Virus record (IMG/VR): IMGVR_UViG_3300049846_000231
Location: 1 to 26,444 of that record
Length of the DNA stretch: 26,444 nucleotides
Origin: a virus
Taxonomy: Duplodnaviria; Caudoviricetes
Reading direction: 5' to 3' (one strand)
Under the pieces are notes generated by a model. The model was not told the DNA's origin. It saw only the letters and a program-made list of their open reading frames with translations, and did no database searches. Both the position numbers and the translations under genes were made by a program. This document shows positions 8,401-16,047 of the stretch, piece by piece. How positions within the stretch are numbered: position 1 is the first letter of the stretch; each line of letters begins with the position of its first letter.

Positions 8401-11400
8401 TAGCGTCGGCTAGCGCAGGGTCCGCGAGGATCGCTTTCCGCGCAGCCTCTGCCGCCCGCTCCCGCTCGGCCTCGCGGCGCTCCTTCCAGCGCTTCAGGGC
8501 GTCCTTGTCCTCCGGCGACATGCGGTTGGAATCCCGCAGGAACGCCCTGGCTTGCTCTACAGGCGATGCTTCGACCTCGGCCCGTACCTCGGCATAGACC
8601 TTCTTCCGCGCGTCCTGTGCCTCGCGCTGGAGCTTCCTGAGCGCCTTCCCACGGGCATCGCGCGACCACTTCAGATCGCGCAGGCTCTTTGCATCGAGCT
8701 CCTCGATGGCCTGGCTGGTGGCCTCGTCATCCGGCACCATCCCCGCACGCTCCTCGGCGGCGCGGATCTGCTCGTCGGTGGCGACCAGGCGGTCGAACAC
8801 GGCGCGGATCTCGGGCGAGACTTCGAAGCCCTTGCCGGCCAGGAACTGCTTCAGGGACTTGTAGGTGTGAACCATCCACGCGCGGAAGCGACGGAAGACG
8901 CCCTGTATCTCGGCGTTGGGCGCCTTGCCCTCGAACAGGTACGCCTCGAACGCCTCGGCCCACTTTTCGTGGTGCGGCCTCTTGCCCTCCAGATCCATCG
9001 CCTGCCACGTCGCCAGATCCGGCACGCCCGACCACGACAGGAAGGTCTGCACGTCGTCCGCAATCTGCTGCGGGGCGCCGGGCTGCGAGGCGAGGTCGGC
9101 CAGTACCTCGAGGTAGAAGTGGGCGCCTTCGTGCAAAACGGTGCTTAGGTCTGCGCCCTCTTTGAGGACGATCAGCAACTGCGAGGGTGAGAAGGTGCCG
9201 CGAGGGGCTTCGTCTCCAGCTTGCCGAAACTCTTTGTGGCGCACTACAATCAGATCTGTCCCGCCGTCGCTTCGGGCGTTGGAGAGCAGGGTTCTGGCAA
9301 CGGAATCGAAATCTCTCGCGGCGGGCACCTTTCTCACGCTCGCCAACGCCAAACTGCGCTGCCCTGTCCTAACCTCTTCAACGACCAGCAAACTACCGTC
9401 ATCAAGAACCCTTATCGAAGCGATAAGATCTTGGCCGCGATTGTTTTTTGCACCGTAGATGACCGCATCTGGGAAAAGCACTGCATCTGGGATCAACTCG
9501 ATGTCGGCGGATGTAACTGCGATCTGCCCGCGGCTTGCTTCTTTAGCTTCGTCCCCATGCTGGTTCAGCGTATGGCGTACCGCGTACAGGTCCACGGCGT
9601 GACTGAATCCCGCAATGTTCAGTCCCGCTCGCTCGCGCGCTTCGGCAACTTCCCACTGCGGAACAGGCCCGATAGCCACCACCTGGTTTTCATTGGTTGC
9701 CGATCCTACGGCATCAACCAATGCGCGCAATTTGTCTCGCGCACCTTGGTTCGCTGACTGCTTCAGGATGTCGTTTTTCGTCCGGTCGAATCGACCGTTG
9801 TTGCCGATCGCGGACTTTACCTGCGTTTCCTCGAACGGGATGTAGACGGGGTGAACCGTGCCGCCGCCCTTCCCGCTTTCGTCGATGATTCCGTCGTAAC
9901 CCAGCGAGCGGAACACGTCGGTCACCTTGTCGGGGATGCTCGTCCAGACATAGGCGGCGCTGGTGTTGTTCGGGTCGGTCAGGTTCGCGACCCACTCGCG
10001 TAGCGTGCGGTTCTGCTTGTCCCAGATGTCGGATGCGCCACGCTTGGGCCGCGTGCGATCCTTCTTTGCCGCCGCCTTGAGCGCTTCGATCACCGAGCCG
10101 GGAATGTCGTTCGTCACCAGCGGGCTGTTCATCGCGACGTAGACGCGATAGACGAACGGATACTCGGCGGTCGGCGCGTCATAGGTGACGTCTGCCATCG
10201 GCATCCCGGCGAGGCGCAGCACTTCCATGAACTGCTCTTCTTGATTGAACAGCGCGCCGCTGTTGAGCCACGTCTCCACCGCCGCCTTCAGCGGGTTGCC
10301 GCGCTTGTCCCACCCGCGCTGCGTCTCTTTCAGGTTCCACGCATAGGCGCCAATGTCGCCGCCGCCTTCCTCATAAAGGACGTTGCCGTCGTCATCGGTG
10401 CGAATGTCAGGCAGGCGCTCGGCGAGGCTGTCCTTCACTTCCTGCGGCAGCGAGTGCCACGCGCGCACCAGATCGACCGGCTTGCGAGCGCCGGGCACCT
10501 TGACCTTGAACCACGTCGAATAATCGCCGTCCTCGTAGGCCAGCGAGGTGTCCTGCTTGCTGGTGGCGTAGCTGCTGGCGAGATCCGGCGAACTGGTGAA
10601 GAACGCCATCGGCCCCGAGGTGGCGCGCTTCTTCAGGAACTTCGTGCCCACCCGGTCGGGGCGCTTCGTGCCGTGGAATCCCTCGACGACGACCTTCTTG
10701 CCCGACTTGAACGGATAGCCGGATGCCTCGTCAGCCGTCACCAGCGGAGCGTCGTTGCTCCAGCGCTTGAACGCATCTGAATTTGTCTGCCTGGCTTGCC
10801 ACGCAGACTGGAAAAGCTCGCTGCTACCGCGAGTCGATCCCGAGAAAATGCCGTCGAGGTAGTCGGCCTCTGCCGCTAAATCGTCGTCTGTGACGGCTTC
10901 CAGATCCCCGCCGCTTTGCGCCGGCTGATCTCCGCCTTGACCGCCTTCCTGCGATCCAACGCCTTGTACAGATCCATCGCCAGCGCGCCCCACTTGCTGG
11001 GCGGCGTCGATTTCTGCTCGGAGTCGTCGGACATATTCTGCCCCCTGCGTTTCGTCGCCCGGGTCCAGCGCGCGAACGCGCTCGACCGGAATGCCTGCAT
11101 CATAGGCCTGCTCGATATAATACGCGATGTCCTCTTCGGTCATCGCGTCGAGAATGCCCTGCACGATGCGCTGCTGCTGCTCGCCAAGCTTCTTGCCAGC
11201 GACCAGTTTACGGACAGCGTTCCGCGCGTAATCGACCGACACGCCCTCGGATGCCGCCAGCTTCTGCCACCACTGCGGGTTTGTCGAGCGCGAATGGATT
11301 AGCGGAACCTCGCCGCCCTTGTCGGACTCGCCGCGCACGAAATTCGGGTCTTGCACCAGCGCCATGTTCCCGTCGGCCACCGACTGCAGGCCGCTGGCAA

Positions 11401-13207
11401 CGGCAAACTCGATGCGCCGGCGGAAGTCGGCGTCCTGCAGCCGTTCGTCCGCCACTGCGAACGCACGCGGCGCCTCGGGCGCCTGTGCAGGGGCAGATGG
11501 GGGCGCCGGAGGCGTGGAAGCGTCCAGCATATCGGCAGCCTGCCCCTCGGCGCGGATGCGCAGCGGGTAGCGCGCGTACATCTCCTCGGGGGTCATGCCG
11601 GTGCGGTCGGCGAGGACCGCGAAGGTGTTCGACAGCGCTGTGGCGTAGGCTTCGCTGGCGTCTGCGGTGTAGCGACCGGTGGCCTCGAGTTGGGCCATCA
11701 GGTTCTGCTTCACCGCGTCCACGCTGGCCTGCCAGGCGATCGTGTCCTCGGCTTCCTTGGCGATCCGCTCGGACTCCTTCGCCATCATATCCGCGCTTTC
11801 CTTCGCGGCGGCCTCCGCCTCCACGGCAGACGGCGCATCAGGCGACTGGCGGGCGTTTTGGACGATCGTCTCCTCCAGCGCCGTGCCCGGTACGCCGGCC
11901 AGCACCTCGCCCAAGGGGATCGAGATCGGGGTGCCCTCGGGGACGCCGGCGCGCAACTGGGCAGCGGCGCTCGGCAGCACCCGCTCGAGCTCCCCCGGCG
12001 GCATCTCGCGCGCGGACTGCATCAGCACGTCGGAATCGACGTACAGCACCTCGTTGCCGGCCATCTGGTTGGCGAGGTCGGCCATGCTCTTCGGGGATCG
12101 GGCGGCGAGTTTGGTGGCCTTCGCCAGCGACATCAGTTGCTTCACCGCCGCAGAGTGCTGCTTCGCCTGCTCGGACTGCTGCTGCTTGTCCAGCACCCTC
12201 ACCACGCCGCGGCCGAGGCCGGCGGTGAGCAGGGTCATGGTCATCGTGGCGATGACGGTCTCGGCCTCCTGCTCGGGCAGGGTGCTCACGTACTCGCCGA
12301 AGGTCTGGTCGCCGTTCGTCCCGCCCGCCCAGGCGTTGAACGACTGCCCCAGCGTGGCCGCCATCTCGCCGGGGATCTCCGTCATCATCTGCTTGGCGAG
12401 GAACTTCGCGAACGAGTCGCCGGCCTTGATGCTCTCCACGAACTTCAGCGCCGGCGCCATCTCGGTCAGGACTTCGATCTCGGCATCGGTGGCGCCGATC
12501 ATCGCAGCGCGCCACGCGGGCACGCCCTTGTCGAGTGCCGCGGTCGCCGATTGCGAGCCCGACATGAAGCCAGCCGATCCCATCATCCACGCCGGGTTGC
12601 CCGTGGCGATCGACGCCGCCGTGCCGGGCACCATCTGCGCGAAGGACCGGATGCCGCTCAGGATGCTGCGCTCGACCAGTCCCCCACCCTGCGGACCCGC
12701 CACCTGATCCGCGCGCCACGCCTGGCCCTTGCGGTAGGTGCTCGCGAAGTCCTGAACCGCTCGGAACGGGTTCGCGTGCCGCTGCCCGCCGGCGCCCCAG
12801 TCGATGAAGTCCGCCGCCGCCCCGGCGCCGGTCTCGAGCAGGCCGAAGGATGCGCTGGTCACATCGAACGGCAGCGTGCCCAGCGTCCGCACGGCGCGGA
12901 TGCCGGTCTCCAGTGCGCCGAGGCTCTCCACGTCATCGTGGGCAATGTCCGCGTTCGCCGGGTCCGTCAGCCAGCCGCCCAGCACCTTCGACTGCTGCGC
13001 GATGCGGTTCGCGTCGATCTGCTTCTGCCGCGCCAGGTACTCGGTCTCGGGCGTGGACAGGCGCACCGCTTCCACCGGCAGGCCCGTGGCGCGAGACAGA
13101 TCCTGCAGCTTCGCCTCTTCGTCAGGGTTGCGGCGGATGGCGACAGCCAGCGAGCTCTCGAGGTGCTTCGCCTTTCGGCGCGCGAGCAGTTCGTCGTACT
13201 CGTTCAT
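5411..13207 (-). CDS. Large internal virion (ejection) protein of polyvalent type with ART-like, PBECR-like RNase and zincin-like (HExxH) modules
   Basis: 2598 aa at the T7 gp16-equivalent position; Ala/Gly-rich hydrophobic helices; GFHGT...FFTSS...SYA...GYDGII...QVKSAIGNNGRFD; RHTLNQHG...RGQIAVT...VVEEVR; STVLHEGAH...HEKWAEAFE. Confidence 0.85.
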   Translation of the reverse strand: MNEYDELLARRKAKHLESSLAVAIRRNPDEEAKLQDLSRATGLPVEAVRLSTPETEYLARQKQIDANRIAQQSKVLGGWLTDPANADIAHDDVESLGALETGIRAVRTLGTLPFDVTSASFGLLETGAGAAADFIDWGAGGQRHANPFRAVQDFASTYRKGQAWRADQVAGPQGGGLVERSILSGIRSFAQMVPGTAASIATGNPAWMMGSAGFMSGSQSATAALDKGVPAWRAAMIGATDAEIEVLTEMAPALKFVESIKAGDSFAKFLAKQMMTEIPGEMAATLGQSFNAWAGGTNGDQTFGEYVSTLPEQEAETVIATMTMTLLTAGLGRGVVRVLDKQQQSEQAKQHSAAVKQLMSLAKATKLAARSPKSMADLANQMAGNEVLYVDSDVLMQSAREMPPGELERVLPSAAAQLRAGVPEGTPISIPLGEVLAGVPGTALEETIVQNARQSPDAPSAVEAEAAAKESADMMAKESERIAKEAEDTIAWQASVDAVKQNLMAQLEATGRYTADASEAYATALSNTFAVLADRTGMTPEEMYARYPLRIRAEGQAADMLDASTPPAPPSAPAQAPEAPRAFAVADERLQDADFRRRIEFAVASGLQSVADGNMALVQDPNFVRGESDKGGEVPLIHSRSTNPQWWQKLAASEGVSVDYARNAVRKLVAGKKLGEQQQRIVQGILDAMTEEDIAYYIEQAYDAGIPVERVRALDPGDETQGAEYVRRLRAEIDAAQQVGRAGDGSVQGVGSQEGGQGGDQPAQSGGDLEAVTDDDLAAEADYLDGIFSGSTRGSSELFQSAWQARQTNSDAFKRWSNDAPLVTADEASGYPFKSGKKVVVEGFHGTKRPDRVGTKFLKKRATSGPMAFFTSSPDLASSYATSKQDTSLAYEDGDYSTWFKVKVPGARKPVDLVRAWHSLPQEVKDSLAERLPDIRTDDDGNVLYEEGGGDIGAYAWNLKETQRGWDKRGNPLKAAVETWLNSGALFNQEEQFMEVLRLAGMPMADVTYDAPTAEYPFVYRVYVAMNSPLVTNDIPGSVIEALKAAAKKDRTRPKRGASDIWDKQNRTLREWVANLTDPNNTSAAYVWTSIPDKVTDVFRSLGYDGIIDESGKGGGTVHPVYIPFEETQVKSAIGNNGRFDRTKNDILKQSANQGARDKLRALVDAVGSATNENQVVAIGPVPQWEVAEARERAGLNIAGFSHAVDLYAVRHTLNQHGDEAKEASRGQIAVTSADIELIPDAVLFPDAVIYGAKNNRGQDLIASIRVLDDGSLLVVEEVRTGQRSLALASVRKVPAARDFDSVARTLLSNARSDGGTDLIVVRHKEFRQAGDEAPRGTFSPSQLLIVLKEGADLSTVLHEGAHFYLEVLADLASQPGAPQQIADDVQTFLSWSGVPDLATWQAMDLEGKRPHHEKWAEAFEAYLFEGKAPNAEIQGVFRRFRAWMVHTYKSLKQFLAGKGFEVSPEIRAVFDRLVATDEQIRAAEERAGMVPDDEATSQAIEELDAKSLRDLKWSRDARGKALRKLQREAQDARKKVYAEVRAEVEASPVEQARAFLRDSNRMSPEDKDALKRWKERREAERERAAEAARKAILADPALADATPFQRMRAVSSARRQVTNQADAAVLEWETANPRPVAKLPEVQMDAVADRFGFSSGDHLQIALKETPPAKEQIERLAEQRMLERHGELTDAEAMERAADEAVHNEARARAIAAELTAQEKALGEREVVGTNAAGRRMTRNVLLHAAKQFAAQTVAMKKVIDLKRATQQHRAAEAKAAQKAGASTKKAKTAEAIQARKDQLLHNQLVAALLEAQTEVDGLVRYLKKFDREGIRAKVDPEYLQQIDALLEAVDLRKSTSGADIARRQSMQAWIEEQKAQGLDPILDADMLEQLRRTSFKEMTVEQLRGLTDAVANIEHLGRVKHRLLTAQKQAAFEATVAEISNSIADNAKGEIAQPFETPTEGVLSWWKKFKAEHRKLASLWRQMDGGNEHGILWNTLGRGMQERGTDEAVRIEKATEEMLRLMKPILALPGGFEGGKVYIRSLGTSVSRQGRIAVMLNAGNATNRQRLDDGNGVGEAQIEEIARTLSPAELQFVNDVWEYIDSFWPEVKAKQERVSGVAEKKVEAVPFEVTAADGSRVRMRGGYYPLKYDATRNDRASAQQAAQVAEEMKRGAFTRATTRRGHTKARVDTLKRAVRLDLGVIPAHVNEVVHDLVWHEWLIDANRLMSAEAITTTIRAHYGHEVLAVIKDSLDGIATGDVQTMTSVDNAMQFLRNNISRSVMGFSMTTALLQPFGVLQSIPRIGAANVLRGFKRWAGNPLGAYAQISEKSEFMRLRQKTMNRELFEIQNKLKAKSKAAEVLDTGLFLAMRKMQALADIPTWFGEYEKVLAETGDEAEAVAQADRAVLESQGGGQTKDLAPVQRHHPMLSMFYSYFNATLQLAVEKTGETNFRNPRAVAGWISDMALLFVASALGPALVLAMARGDDNEPEDLAKKLAQAQASYLLGMLVGVRELSGVVSGYDYSGPPVGRAVADIGKAGQQTAQGEVDEALVLSYIRLLGSLFGLPVTQLIRSYRGWQAWENGDAGPGAILLGPPPKD
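9221..9250 (+). promoter_or_regulatory. Candidate sigma70-type promoter, antisense and internal to the polyvalent gene
   Basis: TTGCCG (9221-9226), 18-nt spacer, TACAAT (9245-9250). Confidence 0.55.
9258..9334 (+). ncRNA. Candidate structured small RNA antisense to the C-terminal end of the PBECR-like domain
   Basis: Closing stem CCCGCCG/CGGCGGG (9260-66/9319-25); hairpin CGCUUCGGGCG; GAGAG/CUCUC (9282-86/9313-17); GGUUCUG-GCAA-CGGAAUC (9290-9307); followed by CACCUUUCU. Confidence 0.5.
10876..11034 (-). CDS. Candidate nested out-of-frame small ORF (52 aa, MSDDSEQKSTPPSKWGALAMDLYKALDRRKAVKAEISRRKAAGIWKPSQTTI)
   Basis: AGGGGG lies 6 nt before the ATG; helix-like product; the host frame is a low-complexity G/Q/D linker over the same stretch. 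Confidence 0.35.
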   Translation of the reverse strand: MSDDSEQKSTPPSKWGALAMDLYKALDRRKAVKAEISRRKAAGIWKPSQTTI

Positions 13208-15162
13208 TGAGCCGCCTGCTGCTCGTCGTACAGGTCGCGGATCTGCGCCTCGCTGGGCTCGTCGTAGCCGGCGCGTTGCAGCGCCTCAATGATCTTTTCG
13301 CGCTCGGCTTCGGGGATCTCGTAGCGGCGCACAGGCGTCGAGCCCCACAGGAAGCCGGGCTTGCGCATCACGATCTGCGCCTGCTCCACCGCGATCTCGG
13401 TGAGGCGCTTCTGGCCCAGCGTCGTCTTCCCTGTGCCGGCGAGCTCGCGGTCGGCCGCGGCCTTCACCGCCACCTTGAACCGGCCCCACTCGTCCTCGTC
13501 GTCGAGAATGGCCGAAGGCGTCACCGCAGCGATGGCCTTGTCGTCGCTCATCAGCTTCTGCTCGGCCTGCGGGTCGTTCAGCAGCGACTCCTTCTTCTTC
13601 TCGAGGTAGGCGATGTCCTCGCCCGTCAACTGCCCGCGCAGCGCGCCGAGGTTCGTCACCTTCAGCAGTTCGGGCTTCGTGTCGAGTTCGTTAAACGCCT
13701 TCGGGTTGCGCACTACGTCGGCGCCGCTTTGCTTCATCTCGGCGTAGGTGCGGACGTGGTTCTGCTCCTCGAGCGGCAGCGAGTTGTACAGCGAGCCTCC
13801 CTGCGGCGTGGCGATCACCGCGTACAGGTCGCCGCCGTTCTTCTCCACCATCTCGTTCAGCGTGGCAGCGCGGTCCTGGTTGATCCGTCGGCGGTCCATT
13901 TCCACGTTCGCCGCGACCCGCTCGGTGTACTCGCGCAGCTGCAGGCGCTGCTTGTCGTCCAGCGTCACGCCCTGCGCTGCCAGGCGCGTTTCTGCTGCGC
14001 TGGTGGCGCCGGCCACATCAATGGGCACGTTCGGGTCCACCGGCATCGCGATGCTCGCGTTCGCCGCCGTCACGAACGAAGAGGCCAGCGAGGTGGTCTC
14101 CGCTTCGTTCTTCTTCTGCTCCGCGTAGCGCTTCGCCTGCGCCTGCTCGTCGGCGGTGAGCATGTTCCACATGGAACCACGCACGGGGCCGCCGGGCGAT
14201 TCGGCGCCTTCCGCGAATGGGCTCTTCCCTTCGCCGATCCGCTTGCGCGCGTGCGCCGCAGCTTTCTCGATGATGCTGTCGGGGATTGGCTTCTCGTTCG
14301 GGATGATGTCGTTCACCATCAGATCCCGCTCGGCCTTCGTGAGCGTCGGCACCAGCGTCGGAATGTCCACCTCTTTGCCGCCGATGGTGATACCGACAGA
14401 GTATTCCGTAGCCACGCCGCCGTCTGGCAGTTTCAGCGGTCCCAGCCAGCCGTTCTGCTTGGCGGTGCCATCAGGGCGAGCTCCGTATTTCGACTGCGCT
14501 TCCAGCCGCTTCAGCGCGCCCTCGGGGTCTTTGTCGATCATCCCTGTCACCGCGTACCACGCGATGTCCTTCCGAGCCTTCTCGCGCTGCTCCTGCCGCG
14601 TCCGCTCGTCGATGCCCTGCGTCTGGTTGATCGCGTCGATCTGCTTCGCGTACCGGAACTCCGCGTCGTCGGGGTTCGCATACACGTTCTTCGCGGCGAG
14701 GTCCGTCGACTGCTCCAGCAGCGAGCCACGGTAGCGCACGCGCTCGTTCGCTTCCCACTGCATCGAGCTCATGCCGAGGCTGGAACGGGTGCGCGCGAGG
14801 TGCGCCTGCAGCAGTTCCTTCGCCCGCGGCGTGGGCGCGTTCGCCACCGCCTGCGTGGCGTAGTCGTCGAACTGCTTCAGCACCGAAGGGGTGTAGCCAT
14901 CTGCGCCCGGTGGCGCCGTCTCCTGCGACTTGATCGCAAAACCCGTTGCATCCAGCTGCGCCTGCTCGGCCGCACCGTTCGCCCACAGCCGCGCGTCATC
15001 CTCCTCGCGCTGGCGCTGCTGCTCCTGTAGGTCGTTGGCGGCGCGCATCACCGTGTCGCCGACAGACTGCAGACCCTCACCCTGCCCGTAGTACTGCATC
15101 CGCGGCGCCTGAAGGCCGCCGCTCGGGACAATCTGCTGTTCGTACACCGGGATTCTAGGCAC
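13204..15162 (-). CDS. Internal virion (ejection) protein, T7 gp15-equivalent position, with an inserted globular module
   Basis: MPRIPVYEQQ start; helical Ala/Gln-rich; synteny; stop overlaps the next start. Confidence 0.8.
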   Translation of the reverse strand: MPRIPVYEQQIVPSGGLQAPRMQYYGQGEGLQSVGDTVMRAANDLQEQQRQREEDDARLWANGAAEQAQLDATGFAIKSQETAPPGADGYTPSVLKQFDDYATQAVANAPTPRAKELLQAHLARTRSSLGMSSMQWEANERVRYRGSLLEQSTDLAAKNVYANPDDAEFRYAKQIDAINQTQGIDERTRQEQREKARKDIAWYAVTGMIDKDPEGALKRLEAQSKYGARPDGTAKQNGWLGPLKLPDGGVATEYSVGITIGGKEVDIPTLVPTLTKAERDLMVNDIIPNEKPIPDSIIEKAAAHARKRIGEGKSPFAEGAESPGGPVRGSMWNMLTADEQAQAKRYAEQKKNEAETTSLASSFVTAANASIAMPVDPNVPIDVAGATSAAETRLAAQGVTLDDKQRLQLREYTERVAANVEMDRRRINQDRAATLNEMVEKNGGDLYAVIATPQGGSLYNSLPLEEQNHVRTYAEMKQSGADVVRNPKAFNELDTKPELLKVTNLGALRGQLTGEDIAYLEKKKESLLNDPQAEQKLMSDDKAIAAVTPSAILDDEDEWGRFKVAVKAAADRELAGTGKTTLGQKRLTEIAVEQAQIVMRKPGFLWGSTPVRRYEIPEAEREKIIEALQRAGYDEPSEAQIRDLYDEQQAAQ

Positions 15163-15165
15163 GGC

Positions 15166-15609
15166 TCAGATGCTCCCGCCGCCGAAGTAGTTGCCGGCCC
15201 CGTTCAGGATCGTGCCGGCCGCCTTGAAGTAGCCCTCCTTCTTCGCGGTGCTGGCGGCGAACTTCTCTTGCTTGCGTTCAGCCTGGAAGCCCCACGCCCG
15301 CAGGTCGCCCTCGTAGCGGGTCATCATCGAGTCAAGCTCGGCATTGATCGCAGACTGCTTCGTGATCGCCGCCGCGGATCCATCAAGCCCCACGCCCGCC
15401 TGTCCGATCGCAGCCCGCTGCTGTCCCAAAATCTGCGCCTGCTTCGATCTCAGCGCCTCGTCGCGCGAGGTCGTCTGCTGCTGCTCCGTCAGCATCTTCG
15501 CCTGCGCCACATCGGCGTTGTACTGGTGGGCTTCGCTCTGCGCGTCAGCCGCCTGCAACTCGCCCACCGCCTTCATGGCAGCAGCTGCAACCATCGCCCA
15601 GACTGCCAT
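15166..15609 (-). CDS. Small internal virion protein (T7 gp14-like)
   Basis: QILGQQRAAIGQAGVGLDGS motif; Ala-rich; synteny. Confidence 0.8.
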   Translation of the reverse strand: MAVWAMVAAAAMKAVGELQAADAQSEAHQYNADVAQAKMLTEQQQTTSRDEALRSKQAQILGQQRAAIGQAGVGLDGSAAAITKQSAINAELDSMMTRYEGDLRAWGFQAERKQEKFAASTAKKEGYFKAAGTILNGAGNYFGGGSI

Positions 15610-16046
15610 CAGTGCATCCTCCTGCCGCGCACCAGCGCATACAGGTGCGCGTCCTTACCGTTCTGGTATGCCTTCATCAGCCCCTCATGCGAGAAGCCCA
15701 GCATCTCGATCATGCGGACGCCCTGCGTGAATCCCGCATCCACCGTCGCCTCTACCCTAGTCACCGGATGCTCTTCGAGGAAGTCCTGCATGATGCGGAA
15801 GATCCGCACGAATCGACGCCCGGCGTTCCTCGAGATCAGCGACCACACCTGCGCTCGACCCGCCCACAGATGCACCAGACCACCGCAGGCCAGCACCTCG
15901 CCATCGTCCACCACCGTGATCGCCGGCCCGGCCGCGTACAGCGTCTCGCCGTATTCAGCGTCCTGCAGTAGCGGCGCGAAGTGCTCCTGCGACTTCTGCA
16001 GCATCAGGTACTGCAGGTCGTCAGGGCGGAAGGCGTGCCACTCCAT
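15609..16046 (-). CDS. GNAT-fold acetyltransferase-like virion assembly protein (gp13-equivalent position)
   Basis: GEVLACGG...W, RVEATV...RMIEMLGFSHEGLMKAY; lies between the nozzle and the ejection genes. Confidence 0.8.
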   Translation of the reverse strand: MEWHAFRPDDLQYLMLQKSQEHFAPLLQDAEYGETLYAAGPAITVVDDGEVLACGGLVHLWAGRAQVWSLISRNAGRRFVRIFRIMQDFLEEHPVTRVEATVDAGFTQGVRMIEMLGFSHEGLMKAYQNGKDAHLYALVRGRRMH

Positions 16047-16047
16047 C

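Noticed and set aside
9258-9334. Hammerhead ribozyme or true tRNA reading of the structured RNA
   Set aside because: GAAA follows a stem but there is no CUGANGA core; no canonical D arm, anticodon arm, T-loop or CCA.
9221-9757. 178-aa plus-strand ORF spanning the PBECR-like module, as a possible protein antitoxin
   Set aside because: Its TTG start is the -35 box itself, there is no RBS, and it reads as an in-register antisense shadow.
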